Positions 26,351-39,700 are shown, numbered from the stretch's first letter. The stretch: DNA of 61,688 nt from Octopus bimaculoides (GCF_001194135.2 NC_068987.1:98609578-98671265); one strand, 5' to 3'. Notes: a model not told the origin generated them from the sequence alone. Made by a program: numbers and translations.

Positions 26351-27439
26351 AAAAATATAAGATAAACGAATCGTAAACTGATATCTTGTTTTCCGCTCCC
26401 AACCGCCTACTTCTCCCTTTGACTCAGTACACTTAAAATTATCTATCCTCCACAAGGGGGCGGCACCACTCACTTTGAGAAGTTCTGTCTTTGTAAAAAC
26501 ATTCCAAGTTCTGTCATAATAAAGACATTTCAAGCTGTGAGATGAAAACTGGACATCATGATTGCGAAGCGAACTTCTTAACTATTCATGCATGTACATA
26601 AATGTCCAGTGAATCAATTGTGCGGCTGCAATGTAATAATATATCGTCTGATCACTTTGTTAGTCAATTAGTTAAATAAGTCTAACAAAACTTAATGTAA
26701 CCTAGACATATCATTCATCGATTTATTAAGTGATATTCTCAATTTTTATATTAGATATAGAAAGTGACTTAGCAAACCATTTTATAGTATGTTTATGTGA
26801 TCTATATATACTATAATTCTTTTACTTGTTACAGTCATTGGACTGTGACAAAGCTGGGAATAGTGCGTTTAAGGGTTTAGGCCGACAAACCGAGGCCATT
26901 AATAAATGGTAAGTTTGGTACTTATGTTGGTCTCTTTCAGCCGTTACGAAGCGAAAAAGAAATGCACGGTGTTATCAAAAGCGAGGCACAAATACAAAGG
27001 AAAAGGCGCACTCACACATATACACATATATACATCGACACACACACAAACACACGCACACAGCGCACAAACAGACACAGACACGTTGAATGGCTATAGG
27101 GTTCCACCAGAATAAAATAACAATCAAAGGGGTCTATAGATAGAAAATAGTTGAGAGCCCCTGATTTAGATTACTGTTGCTACTTATTAATCCGAGGTCT
27201 GTATTGATCCAACAACTCTATGACCAAATAAGTTACCTCAGTGATCATCGATTTTTTTTTTTCGGCTATACATTACTAAATGTGTCCTTCTTTACTTATT
27301 GACAGTATAGTATAATTTGAGGAATATATAGTTACGCTTTCTAACAGTTCTAGATACGGAACTTGGGTTCACTCTTTCGTATGTTATTTATGAATGTGTG
27401 TATGTCTATATGTTGGACGTATTTTGTGGTTGAGTGATA

Positions 27440-27718
27440 AAGAATTACCTTTGCAGTCATGGTGTCGCCGATTTGACCCCACAGGGTGACATCTTTGACA
27501 AGTGTATCACCCCAAACCTCGGGAGTTGAACTGGGTAGACACAAACTGTTTGTGAAAACTCTTTTGATTGCATCAGTAGTTCAAAGAATTGGGGCCTTGT
27601 CACAAACTGTGTCACGCTGGTTCTGCCAGAAAATGTACAAGTGTCTGTGGAATACACGGCCACTTACATTATAATTGAATGAGTAGGTAGTTCATTTGAT
27701 TGAACAACTGGAATTCTC
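27440..27718 (+). mobile_element. Old element carrying the family B/C 3' module with a different upstream part
   Basis: CCTTGTCACAAACTGTGTCACGCTGG..TACAAGTGTCTGTGGAATACACGGCCACTTACATT..CAACTGGAA aligns to 5975-6105. Confidence 0.65.
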
Positions 27719-27904
27719 ATTATCGAAAACGACAGAGAAATCTATTTCATTTTTATTTATTTTTTGATCTGTCTGCATGCGGCAACCAACCACTTTATTT
27801 CCTTGCTCGATTTGCGAGACGCCTGCTTTGATGTGGCGTAACTTAACTAATTGCTTTGCTAATTGCTGTGTGTGTGTCTGCATATGGGTATGTATGTGTG
27901 TGTA

Positions 27905-27941
<37 letters not shown>

Positions 27942-28250
27942 NNNNNNNNNNNNNNNNNNNNNNNNNNNNNNNNNNNNNNNNNNNNNNNNNNNNNNNNNNN
28001 NNNNNNNNNNNNNNNNNNNNNNNNNNNNNNNNNNNNNNNNNNNNNNNNNNNNNNNNNNNNNNNNNNNNNNNNNNNNNNNNNNNNNNNNNNNNNNNNNNNN
28101 NNNNNNNNNNNNNNNNNNNNNNNNNNNNNNNNNNNNNNNNNNNNNNNNNNNNNNNNNNNNNNNNNNNNNNNNNNNNNNNNNNNNNNNNNNNNNNNNNNNN
28201 NNNNNNNNNNNNNNNNNNNNNNNNNNNNNNNNNNNNNNNNNNNATATATA

Positions 28251-28290
<40 letters not shown>

Positions 28291-28985
28291 GATAATGTCG
28301 TATGCTTTTAAGACTTTCTGTCCAAGGAATTGGAACATAACCAGATACCGTTTTAATAGAAAGAGAGAATGAGAGATAGAGAATGAGAGATAGAAAAAGA
28401 GAGAGAGGGACAAACGGAGATAGAGAGAGAGAGAAGAGAGTTAGACAGAGAGAAAGGGGTGGGGAAAAAGAGATCAAATACATTTTGTCGACCAAGTAGC
28501 GAGTTGTCTTTAAGTTGAATAGCGTTCTTTGAGATGCAGTCTACGACGAGTATGTTTGTGTATATAATTTTGTGCACGTGCACGTGCTTGTGGCCAAATA
28601 TTTTCCCTTTCTTTCCAAAGAATCTTTATTAATCTGTCCTGCTGCTGCCTTGTCCATGGTTAACCTAACGCAATAACAAGCTTACTGATAAATTCTGACC
28701 CTTACCCCCATACACCCTCTCTTCAATTATTCCTTTCGTTTCGTCTCAGAAGACCTGAAAGAAATCTGAATATAGAATCCCGCCTCAGAATTATACACGA
28801 AATAGCTTCAAGGTTCTCTGCAGTCTCTCGGCGTGCTAGAAATAGCAGCAAACTTTTACTGTTGCCTGAAATAAGAAAAGGCCATATTTGATAATCAGAC
28901 AGCTGTAATAAATGAGATGGTGATTCTGAAATGCATTTGATAGTATGTCTACTAGATCAAATTTAAAAGTAACCGAAACAATAAT

Positions 28986-29368
28986 TGTTGTTGTTGGCAC
29001 TCCATCACTTACGACGACGAGGGTTCCAGTTGATCCGATCAATGGAACAGCCTGCTCGTGAAATTAACGTGCAAGTGGCTGAGCACTCCACAGACACGTG
29101 TACCCTTAACGTAGTTCTCGGGGATATTCAGCGTGACACAGTGTGAAAAGGCTGACCCTTTGAATTACAGACACAGCAGAAGCAGGAAGTAAGAGTAAGT
29201 TGTGGTGGAAGAGTACAGCAGGGTTCGCCACCATCCCCTGTCGGAACCTCGTGGAGCTTTAGGTGTTTTCGCTCAATAAACACTCACAACGCCCGGTCTG
29301 GGAATCGAAACCGCGATCCTATGAACGCGAGTCCGCTGCCCTAATCACTGGGCCATTGCGCCTCCACT
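28986..29368 (-). mobile_element. SINE family B, full length, (CAA)n tail
   Basis: Reverse complement of 5752-6134 at high identity; TTGTTGTTGTTGGCACTCC at the 3' end. Confidence 0.92.
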
Positions 29369-29638
29369 AAGCAATAATAACAAGTACAGTATTGGAAGAT
29401 CATGTAATATCTAAGCAAAAAATATCAGTGATACTGTTTTGTGTAGTGATAATGTGATGTACTATTTTAAATGACGATTATGAAATTATTCGGAAAAAAT
29501 GAGCGTCGACATAACATCATATGTTCTGTCTTAGTTGCTGTTAAATTAAATTGAACTCCTGAGAAATTTTTGAACCACGACTGAAATGGAGTGTCAGGTT
29601 CATGAACATTCATTCGTATACATCATATTAGTTTAAAT

Positions 29639-30263
29639 AAGTGGTTCTCAACCATTTTTTCCCTATGGAGCCCCTTTATTTCTATGTTACCCAGAAAGAA
29701 CCTTATAACTATTTGATGTTTTTGTAATTAAATAATATTTGAAATACTCTTTTACTTGTTTCAGTCATTTGACTGCGGCCATGCTGGAGCACTGCCTTTA
29801 GTCGAGTAAATCGACTCCAAGACTTATTCTTTGTGAGCCTAGTACTTAGTGTATCGGTCTCTTTTGCCGAACCACTAAGTTACGGGGACGTAAACACACC
29901 ACCATCGGTTGGCAATCGATGAAGGGGGGACAAACACAGACACACAAACATATACACGCACATACATACATATATATATATATATANNNNNNNNNNTTTC
30001 CATCTACCAAATCCACTCACAAGGCTTCGGTCGGCCCGAGGCTATAGTAGAAGACACTTGACCAAGGTGCCACGCAGTGGGACTGAACCCGGGACCATGT
30101 GGTTAGTAAGCAAGCTACTTACCACGTAGCCACTCCTGCGCCTATAGTGTAAAGAATATGTGAAACTATTATGTGTATAACCAATTTATTGTACAATAAG
30201 TTTTAACAACAAAATCTAATATGGACCACGAAGGTCCATATGAACCACGGTTGAAAATCAACA
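29639..30263. mobile_element. hAT/Charlie-like MITE interrupted by SINE D
   Basis: AGTGGTTCTCAACC left end, GGTTGAAAATCA right end; both ends match the 58011-58343 element in opposite orientation. Confidence 0.7.
29745..30143 (-). mobile_element. SINE family D, full length, with internal (AT)n and a 10-N gap
   Basis: Head and core at 29997-30143, 3' half at 29745-29960 ending in TAAAAGAGTA on the minus strand. Confidence 0.88.
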
Positions 30264-30585
30264 CGTATCAACACATATACATTTACGTTCATATGCGAAC
30301 ACCTTCCTCAAATGTGCGAACAAATGTAAGAACAACTATATAGATATTTACACAAAACCCGACAGTAAGCACATTAACTATCCACATAATTATATAAGGG
30401 GGAACATTAATAACACTCTCCTATTAAACTCATACATCAACGCATATATATTCAGACCTACATCCTTAACCTTATCCTTAAATTAGCAGATGTCAAATTT
30501 TCGATGAAAAATTGCTTGTTTGTAGGTTAAAAACTAGCTCCTTTACCATTATGAGTAATTTGAAAAATACGTGGACGTATATATA

Positions 30586-30787
30586 GGAAGGGGTACTGAA
30601 AAGTTTCTGGCTTTAAGGGTCTCGCGAAAGGCGAAGATGGAGTCCCAAAATTCTGAGTTCCTTTACAAGGTTTAAAAAAAAATCTGATGGATCCTTGTGA
30701 GAAGTTTGTGAATCTAAGAGTGAATATGTTGAATAAAATCATTATTTACTGCTTCTCCAGTATTTTCCTTTTACCTAAAGTCAGTAC
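30586..30787 (+). mobile_element. Degenerate mariner MITE
   Basis: GGAAGGGGTACTGAAAAGTTTCTGGCTTT left end after TA; C-terminal remnant CEKFVNL..EYVE-stop; right end partly deleted (AAAG-TCAGTAC). Confidence 0.55.
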
Positions 30788-30789
30788 AA

Positions 30790-30870
30790 TACACATATTA
30801 TGTACATGTATACTACACATATTATGTACACGTATACTACACATATTATGTACACGTATACTACACATAT
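30790..30870. repeat. 24-bp minisatellite, about 3.4 copies
   Basis: TACACATATTATGTACACGTATAC at 30790, 30814 and 30838. Confidence 0.9.
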
Positions 30871-31071
30871 ACGTACATAAATACAGATGTTTGTAAGTAT
30901 GTAGGTACTGGCATGCAGGCCCACATACACACAGGCAAAAACCACGTGTTCACCCACGCACTTAAACTAACATATTCACTCAGAGAGTTTAACGTTCATA
31001 TTTCAATTCTTCACCATAATACACAAAATATGCTATTATCTCTCTCTCCTTTCTCCTCTCAATCTTTCCAG

Positions 31072-31151
<80 letters not shown>

Positions 31152-32279
31152 NNNNNNNNNNNNNNNNNNNNNNNNNNNNNNNNNNNNNNNNNNNNNNNNN
31201 NNNNNNNNNNNNNNNNNNNNNNNNNNNNNNNNNNNNNNNNNNNNNNNNNNNNNNNNNNNNNNNNNNNNNNNNNNNNNNNNNNNNNNNNNNNNNNNNNNNN
31301 NNNNNNNNNNNNNNNNNNNNNNNNNNNNNNNNNNNNNNNNNNNNNNNNNNNNNNNNNNNNNNNNNNNNNNNNNNNNNNNNNNNNNNNNNNNNNNNNNNNN
31401 NNNNNNNNNNNNNNNNNNNNNNNNNNNNNNNNNNNNNNNNNNNNNNNNNNNNNNNNNNNNNNNNNNNNNNNNNNNNNNNNNNNNNNNNNNNNNNNNNNNN
31501 NNNNNNNNNNNNNNNNNNNNNNNNNNNNNNNNNNNNNNNNNNNNNNNNNNNNNNNNNNNNNNNNNNNNNNNNNNNNNNNNNNNNNNNNNNNNNNNNNNNN
31601 NNNNNNNNNNNNNNNNNNNNNNNNNNNNNNNNNNNNNNNNNNNNNNNNNNNNNNNNNNNNNNNNNNNNNNNNNNNNNNNNNNNNNNNNNNNNNNNNNNNN
31701 NNNNNNNNNNNNNNNNNNNNNNNNNNNNNNNNNNNNNNNNNNNNNNNNNNNNNNNNNNNNNNNNNNNNNNNNNNNNNNNNNNNNNNNNNNNNNNNNNNNN
31801 NNNNNNNNNNNNNNNNNNNNNNNNNNNNNNNNNNNNNNNNNNNNNNNNNNNNNNNNNNNNNNNNNNNNNNNNNNNNNNNNNNNNNNNNNNNNNNNNNNNN
31901 NNNNNNNNNNNNNNNNNNNNNNNNNNNNNNNNNNNNNNNNNNNNNNNNNNNNNNNNNNNNNNNNNNNNNNNNNNNNNNNNNNNNNNNNNNNNNNNNNNNN
32001 NNNNNNNNNNNNNNNNNNNNNNNNNATATATATATATATATATATATAATATCAACACATTTCTCATACTCTAATATAAACACAGAGATAGGCTCGCAAA
32101 CACAGTACACACACAGGGACACACTAACTCGCGCGCACATACACACAAAGCGACACACATGCTGTATATAAATCTTCGTTGACACCTACCTCTACCCCCG
32201 ATACACTAATATATTCCATTCACTCTGAACGTAACATTCACTCAGCTGGAAACCAGGGCATTCCTGAAATGTGTTCATG

Positions 32280-33130
32280 ACCGCTGTAACTACCACTACA
32301 AATGCTAATGCCTCTGCATCCACCCACTACTACCCTAAACACTAACACATTTATAACCACCACTGTTGCTACTACTATACATACTCCAACTAATACCCCT
32401 TACCCTTAATCTAACCACAACAATAACTTACCAGAAACACCACCACCACTACTGCCTTCACTATTGTATCCGACACTACAACTGTCGCTTTCACTACCAC
32501 TAGCACCATCACCGCCACTACTGCCGCAACCTTCGCCACCACCACCAGCACCACTACAAAGACCATTACCAATATATCTACTACTCCAACTATCATTTCC
32601 ACCACTACTACTACTACCACGGCTACCATAACCACTAATATACTCCCGCAAAAGTCTGCACCTTTTACGTGTCCCCGAAACAGAAAGCCACCACCACCAT
32701 CACTACTACTACTGCTGCTGCCACTACCCACTGCACCACCACTACCCCCACCACTATTATTTGCTCCACCGCATCTATCTTCTCCGCCATCAGCACCATC
32801 ACTACCGCATTACTTTGTATAATTCCCACTGATATCTCTATCAAGTATATCACCCAAACCACCTCGTTAAGCTCCACCACCCTGTCACTAAAACATCCAC
32901 CCTTCATACCACCCCCGACTAACACCTTACCATTACTGCCACCTCTACCACACCATCAATTGTATACCGACCACCCTTACACCGCCAACACATCAAACTT
33001 CTACCATTGTATTCACCTTCGTAGCTAGCACCAGTACGTCACCAAACACCACCACTACAACAATAACAACAGCAGCAACAACAACAACAACTATCACATG
33101 TACAACCACGTCCTCCACCACTACATACAG
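32280..33130. repeat. Long decayed (ACC/ACT/ACA)n cryptic trinucleotide tract
   Basis: Period-3 C/A-rich sequence giving short Thr-rich and Val/Gly-rich ORFs in shifting frames. Confidence 0.75.
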
Positions 33131-33522
33131 CAGAATCACTGTAATGCAAAAGCCAATGTTATTTAGTCTGCTAGAATTAACACCATCATGATAAGACCCC
33201 CTCAAATAGCATTCCATCGTCATCAATAACAAGGGAAACATTGGATAATGTACTTTTAAGATACAGTTACAAAGTCAGGCTATTCACGACTGGGATGTGT
33301 TTGATCATAGGTTTGCTCAATCAAAGTTAAAAGGGAGGTAACGAATACAATAAAAATAGTAAACTGAGCACCGAGATCGAAACCCGAGCCATAAGCAACA
33401 ACAAAAGGTTTAACCACGAATAGCATAAACCAAAAGGAGAAGAGATTCTAATTGGTCGTATATCTGCATTAGCTTATATCTCTCAATATATATATATATA
33501 TGACGATATTATTATTATCAAA

Positions 33523-33565
<43 letters not shown>

Positions 33566-34289
33566 GTAGTCAGCAAGCTTAACCAATATAGGTAAATATA
33601 CATAAAATTTTAGGATATAAAAAATAAATACCACCTATCCTAGAAAGACGACTCAACTCTCAAAAGCCACATATTTCTCACTATAAACAAAATACGCACG
33701 GATAATGTAGCGAATATAAGAAAAAAAATAGCTCTTACCTTTGAAAAACACAAAGAAAAGTGCAGTCATCTCAGTATCAACTGATTTCACCTTTAGTGCC
33801 AAGCACTTTGGAACATCAGCTGAGCTTAATGCGTGATTTGTTTATAGTGAGAAATATGTGGTTTTGAAGATGTCACTGAAGTGATAAATGGCAGTAACTA
33901 GCACCAGTATTGCCAGAGACACAGTATCAGGTACTGCAGAAGCTTGAGTTTCAAGACGCCACACCTGTTTAATATCCTCCTTAAACGCCTGCGAGACCAA
34001 CATGGGAGTGGATACAGGTGTCTTGAAACCAAAACTGGGTCTTTTCCCGTCAAGAGTTCCTGATGAATCTTCCTCGCGGTAGGTCAGCAACATCAAATTC
34101 TCTCACTCATCAAATGCCAGATATCAAAGGGGGACTGAAGTAATGAAAGCGTAGCAAAACTGATGGCGTTTCCCCAGCATGGCCACTACTGTCGGACTGA
34201 AACGAGTAAAGACTATCTGTATATGTATGTATGTGTGTGTGTGTTGTATGTGTGTGTGTTGTATGTGTGGGTGTTGTATGTGTGTGTGT

Positions 34290-35000
34290 TTAGGTTAATC
34301 ACTACTTCTTGACAATCGGTGTTAGTTTAAGTCCCCCTAACTAAGACGTTTGGCAAAAGAGCCCGATAAATTACAGTAATACCTCACTTTACAAGGACTC
34401 GCTTTACATGACCCCGGTTTACGAGTTTTATTTTTCAAGCACAAAATCTAAATTTTTAACGAAGTGCAAAAATTTCTACTACTATAACAAATGCATCTGT
34501 GTGTTAACGAGAAATTTACAGAGAGCGAAAGAAAGCTTTTAAGCAAACAACTTTAGACTTGCTTTTTAAAAAGAAATCTACGAGTCCGTCTCCGAGTGCT
34601 TGTGGATCAGCGATCGCGTCTACAAGTGATGGTGTGCGCGAATCTAGTGCGAGTGAAAATGATTCAGAAAACGATTATGATACTAATATTTTTTATTATA
34701 AATGATCTTGACATTCTTTTTACTTTACATAGAATATTCTATACATTCTACTGTTGTTTTATTGCCCTTTATTTTACGAGTATTATGAATTTTCTAGGTG
34801 AAATATTTTCCTGCGAACGAAATACGATTTATAACAATGCTACCATGAGAAATTATTGCTCTGCTTTACAAGTTTTCGCTTTACGAGTGCTCTCCGGCAA
34901 CAAATTAACTTGTATATAGAAGCATTACTGTATGTACCAGGCTAAAATGTTAGTACTAGTGTCGATTTGTCCTCCCAGATAATTCAAGGACGTACCCCAG
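34290..35000 (+). mobile_element. 3' half of a degenerate SINE D split by a MITE
   Basis: TTGACAATCGGTG..GGCAAAAGAGCCCGATAAAT resumes as TGTACCAGGCT..CCCCAGCGTGGCCGC after 34932. Confidence 0.7.
34374..34930. mobile_element. Tigger/pogo-like (Tc1/mariner superfamily) MITE, 557 bp, TA TSD
   Basis: TA at 34372-34373 and 34931-34932; TIRs CAGTAATACCTCACTTTACAAG vs CAGTAATGCTTCTATATACAAG (17/22); subterminal TTTACGAGT / TTTACAAG motifs at both ends. Confidence 0.8.
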
Positions 35001-35232
35001 CGTGGCCGCTACCAATGAGACATTCATATATATTTAGTATATTATATACTATGTGAATATATACATGCTTGTTTACACATATAAGTGGATAAACTTACAT
35101 AATGCATATTCTATTCATTTCTACTCTATTCTAGGTGTTAGAGAACTCGTCTAAAATATAAGAATAAGAAATACCTGCCAACTAATGAAGTAGACAGTGT
35201 TAGGAGATAAATGTAATGTAAATATTAATCAC

Positions 35233-35425
35233 AAATTTTGGAACATGGCCAACAAGTTTAGTGGGTGACGGGTCAATTGATTACATTTACCCCGCTGCAT
35301 TATTTTATCGTCAGCGAAATAATTAAAGGCAAAGATTGACCTCGGTGGATATTGAAATTAGAACATAAAGAAACGAAGAAATGCTACTAAGCATTTTGTC
35401 CGACTCGCAAACGATTCTGTCAACA
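35233..35425 (-). mobile_element. Degenerate SINE A-related copy
   Basis: AAAGGCAAAGATTGACCTCGGTGGATATTGAA..TACTAAGCATTTTGTCCGAC..AACGATTCTG. Confidence 0.7.
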
Positions 35426-35574
35426 TACCAAAAATGATAATAATTTCCAGATGTTTCACTAATATACTGTAGCTCAATGGTCTCAACCGAACGCAGTGTG
35501 ACAAAGCGACGAGTTAGAAAAATAACAAATGTTCTTTATTAACTGAAGGACAGCAATTACAAGAAGTCACTTCA

Positions 35575-35615
<41 letters not shown>

Positions 35616-37321
35616 NNNNNNNNNNNNNNNNNNNNNNNNNNNNNNNNNNNNNNNNNNNNNNNNNNNNNNNNNNNNNNNNNNNNNNNNNNNNNNNNNNNNN
35701 NNNNNNNNNNNNNNNNNNNNNNNNNNNNNNNNNNNNNNNNNNNNNNNNNNNNNNNNNNNNNNNNNNNNNNNNNNNNNNNNNNNNNNNNNNNNNNNNNNNN
35801 NNNNNNNNNNNNNNNNNNNNNNNNNNNNNNNNNNNNNNNNNNNNNNNNNNNNNNNNNNNNNNNNNNNNNNNNNNNNNNNNNNNNNNNNNNNNNNNNNNNN
35901 NNNNNNNNNNNNNNNNNNNNNNNNNNNNNNNNNNNNNNNNNNNNNNNNNNNNNNNNNNNNNNNNNNNNNNNNNNNNNNNNNNNNNNNNNNNNNNNNNNNN
36001 NNNNNNNNNNNNNNNNNNNNNNNNNNNNNNNNNNNNNNNNNNNNNNNNNNNNNNNNNNNNNNNNNNNNNNNNNNNNNNNNNNNNNNNNNNNNNNNNNNNN
36101 NNNNNNNNNNNNNNNNNNNNNNNNNNNNNNNNNNNNNNNNNNNNNNNNNNNNNNNNNNNNNNNNNNNNNNNNNNNNNNNNNNNNNNNNNNNNNNNNNNNN
36201 NNNNNNNNNNNNNNNNNNNNNNNNNNNNNNNNNNNNNNNNNNNNNNNNNNNNNNNNNNNNNNNNNNNNNNNNNNNNNNNNNNNNNNNNNNNNNNNNNNNN
36301 NNNNNNNNNNNNNNNNNNNNNNNNNNNNNNNNNNNNNNNNNNNNNNNNNNNNNNNNNNNNNNNNNNNNNNNNNNNNNNNNNNNNNNNNNNATTCGCCTTT
36401 ATATATTTAATCCTTTATATTGAACACTCAATATTTCATCTATTCAATAAGACATATTCCATATATTCAATAACACATTTAATACTTTATTTCATTGTAC
36501 CATCCATTTTTATTTTATATTATATATTGTATATTATATTATATATTGTATATTCCATATTCTATATCCCACATTGGTTTTGCAGGAATATAAATAAAAC
36601 ATAAAAGCAGACAGTGTTGGAACTCTTTTAAACAAAATAATATATATATATATATATATATATATGTAAAATATGTAATCATATACGTGTGTGCACGTGC
36701 ATGTATATGGCACGAAAAAATGTTGGTGGTTCTTGAATAAATTCACATTGATTTATTGTAATTTCTGTTGGTACTCTTCTCTCTACAACAGTTTTTATTA
36801 AACAAAAACATGAAAGTCCTTCATTCGAAAATGGAATTAATTTTCATAATTAAATATTTCATTTTGCTGTTAACAATGTGTATATTAACATATAAATATT
36901 TCCTTTTATATATTTGTTCATCTTGAAGAATAAAGCTTTGAAACTCTATGACTGTCTGATACACATCTTTTAATGTTACATACGTTATTATATGAAGTCA
37001 TTATTTCGTTAGACAATGTGACATTTGTATGGTTTAGTTATATTTCTATGGAGGGCTGCAAGGGATAGAATGTCGGGCGACAAAGAGAGGTTTTTATTCA
37101 TTTACAAAAGATAGGTGGAAGTTTTCAGCGTAAGAGCGAGAGAGAGAGAAAGGAAAGGGAAAGAGAGATAGAGGGGGGGAAAAGAGAATGAGGTGTAGGA
37201 GAGTGAGATCTAGTAGAACGAATGGGAGCTGAATGAATATGAAGCTCAGAGAATGACGCTGCAATTTTAAATTGTGACACACGCATACAAACACACATAC
37301 ACATATTTGGGCATGCGCACG

Positions 37322-37370
<49 letters not shown>

Positions 37371-37500
37371 CTGTATATGTACATATAGATATATATATGT
37401 TTTATTTGTATGTATATATGTACATAAATGTTGTTTGTGCGTGTGAACGTATGTATCTGAGTAAATATAATTACGTATATCTGTACATATATGCGTCTAT

Positions 37501-37551
<51 letters not shown>

Positions 37552-38091
37552 TGTGTGTGTGTGTGTGTATAAATATGTATCTGTATATGTATATACAAGT
37601 TATTACATCTGAGAATCACATACACAAATACATACACGCATATATAGATTGAGAGGAGGAGAAAGAAAAAGGAAAGAGACAGGAAGAGCAACCGGGGGAG
37701 GAGAGAGATACAGACAGACGTATAATTGACAATAGTCATTTACTGTTAAATAAGAAACAACTAAATGGTTTTTGAATAGACCCAAGCTTCGGTTGCTGCC
37801 TTTGTATAGAGGAAGTACGAAGCACAATTCAGCATTGTATCGAGTTATTCCGACACGCATGCGTTAGTCTGGATAAAAGACAGTCAATATAACAAGTTGT
37901 TTCAACCTCTGGGCTCTCTAATATCTCTAGAGATATGTTGTGAATAAATATATCCTATAAATATTCTCCTCTTCTTGGTAACCAGCTTTTAATTAGAGTC
38001 TGTATTTCAATGATAATATTGTCGGTTTTGATGTTATAGTTACCATTGCAATTAGTTTTGTGATTGTTGTTGGCTTTTTGTTGTCGCTGTC

Positions 38092-39700
38092 GCCGCCATT
38101 TAGCCTCATATCACCCTTGATTGAGCAAAACGTACAACCGCAACGGTTCCATTCATAACCATCGTGTCTTTTTATACATCAAGGATTACGTTGTTCAAAG
38201 CGTCCTTTTTATGAAAACTGTTTTAGTATGACAGAAGGGAAATATTTCGCTGTTATTTCTAGCACACTGAGCAATCACATAAAGGGTATCTCATTGGCAC
38301 TTTATATTTCTGTTGCTATTATTATTATTATTGGCATTGTTGTCTTTGTTGCTGTTTGAGTTGTTTATTTTCTTATTGTTGCTGCTATTGACGTCGTTGT
38401 TATTCATCCGCCTGTCAACCCTCATTGAATATCTTTGACCAAAGGCATTCTGACTATGACCTCTGCGTCGGCTTTTTATTTCTGTTCCATTGTATACAAC
38501 ATTACATCATCCAATGTGTAATTCCGAATTTTTCAAGATAAAAGGCTGTGATTTGAGAGAGGGATATCACTATTTCTAGCAGGTTGTGTGACCATATAGA
38601 GGTTCCTTTCTGGCCTTGTGTTGCTTCCACTACTGTTGTTGATGTTGCTGCTGTTGGTGGTTTTGCTGCTGCTGTTGCTGTTCTTTTTGTTGTTGTTGTT
38701 GCCCTGGGTATAGTTTTTTGTCAATGAGGCTAGTGTTGTTTAGCTGTAGATCTCATCCAATAGATGTATAATCAAATGCGTCCTTGTGACCATCCCAATT
38801 CTTTTTTTTGTGTGTGTGTGTGTACAATGGCTTATATACGCCAATGTATTTATCTTTTATTTAAGACGGTCTGGTATGATTTGAGGAAGATTTAACTTTA
38901 TTTTCTATGAAGTTCAGTAACCATTTACAGATTCCTCATTTGACTCATTGTTGATGTCGTTTCGTATCAAGCCAAGCCTCATAGAATAGGTCTAAGATCA
39001 AAGTCATTACAGTTGTGACCATCTCTTTATATCGTATTTCATCTAAGACTAAATATCTTTATTTATTATTTTATCTAAGACTGGAGGCGCAACGGCCTAG
39101 TGGTTAGAGCAGCGGACTCGCGGTCGTAGGATCACGGGTTCGATTCCCAGACCGGGCGTTGTGAGTGTTTATTGAGCAAAAACACATAAGGTACCACGAG
39201 GCTCCGGCAGGGGATGATGACGAACCCTATTGTACACTTTCACCACAACTTTCTCTCGCTCTTACTTCCTGTTTCTGTTGTGCCTGTATTTCAAAGGGTC
39301 AGCCTTGTCACACTGTGTCACGCTGAATATCCCCGAGAACTACGTTAAGGGTACACGTGTCTGTGGAGTGCTCAGCCACTTGCANNNNNNNNNNTCACAC
39401 TGTGTCACGCTGAATATCCCCGAGAACTACGTTAAGGGTACACGTGTCTGTGGAGTGCTCAGCCACTTGCACGTTAATTTCACAAGCAGGCTGTTCGGTT
39501 GATCGGATCAACTGAAACCCTCGTCGTCGTAACCGATGGAGTGCCAACTGAACTATCTAAGGCAAGATATCCATTTTCTTCACGTAGGGAGAATTTGAGT
39601 TGCATATTAATGAAATTTAGTTGTTACTTAGGCCTCACTCAGCCCTGAACGAGCAAGCCCAACTCAAAAAGTTTTCAGCCAAGGCCACCCGAGTGAGACA
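38092..39700 (-). mobile_element. Cluster of about five same-orientation copies of an old two-module repeat family (G)
   Basis: Plus-strand modules CAGCCCTGATCGAGCAGAC..GATCAAAGGCATTCC..TGACCATC and ATTTGAGG.AGATTTGG.TGCTATTTCTAGCA recur at about 38092, 38405, 38735, 38955 and 39605, each preceded by TTG-rich sequence; strand assumes (CAA)n is the 3' tail. Confidence 0.6.
39082..39553 (+). mobile_element. SINE family B with TSD; internal 77-bp duplication is an assembly overlap
   Basis: TATCTAAGAC (39072-39081) vs TATCTAAGGC (39554-39563); 39308-39384 repeated exactly at 39395-39471 across a 10-N gap. Confidence 0.9.

Noticed and set aside
27449-27622. Minus-strand exon ending at AAG|GTAATT, including a CQRCHPVGS laminin-like peptide
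   Set aside because: Stops in all three frames from the best acceptor; the upstream part is a degenerate family B/C module.
28735-28760. Minus-strand GTCT-TCTG-AGAC-GAAAC as another hammerhead
   Set aside because: No CTGANGA-like heptamer upstream and no second copy; a 4-bp stem plus GAAA can occur by chance.
30913-32185. Long ORFs of 180-400 aa spanning N-gaps (also near 19, 28, 40, 44, 48, 50, 51-52 and 56 kb)
   Set aside because: Artefacts of translating N runs as X.
32669-33028. Mucin-like Thr/Pro-rich ORF
   Set aside because: Part of an 850-bp decayed trinucleotide tract with shifting frames and no supported splice sites.
39308-39471. Exact 77-bp tandem duplication inside SINE B
   Set aside because: 100% identical, separated by a 10-N placeholder and absent from the other two copies: unmerged contig overlap.
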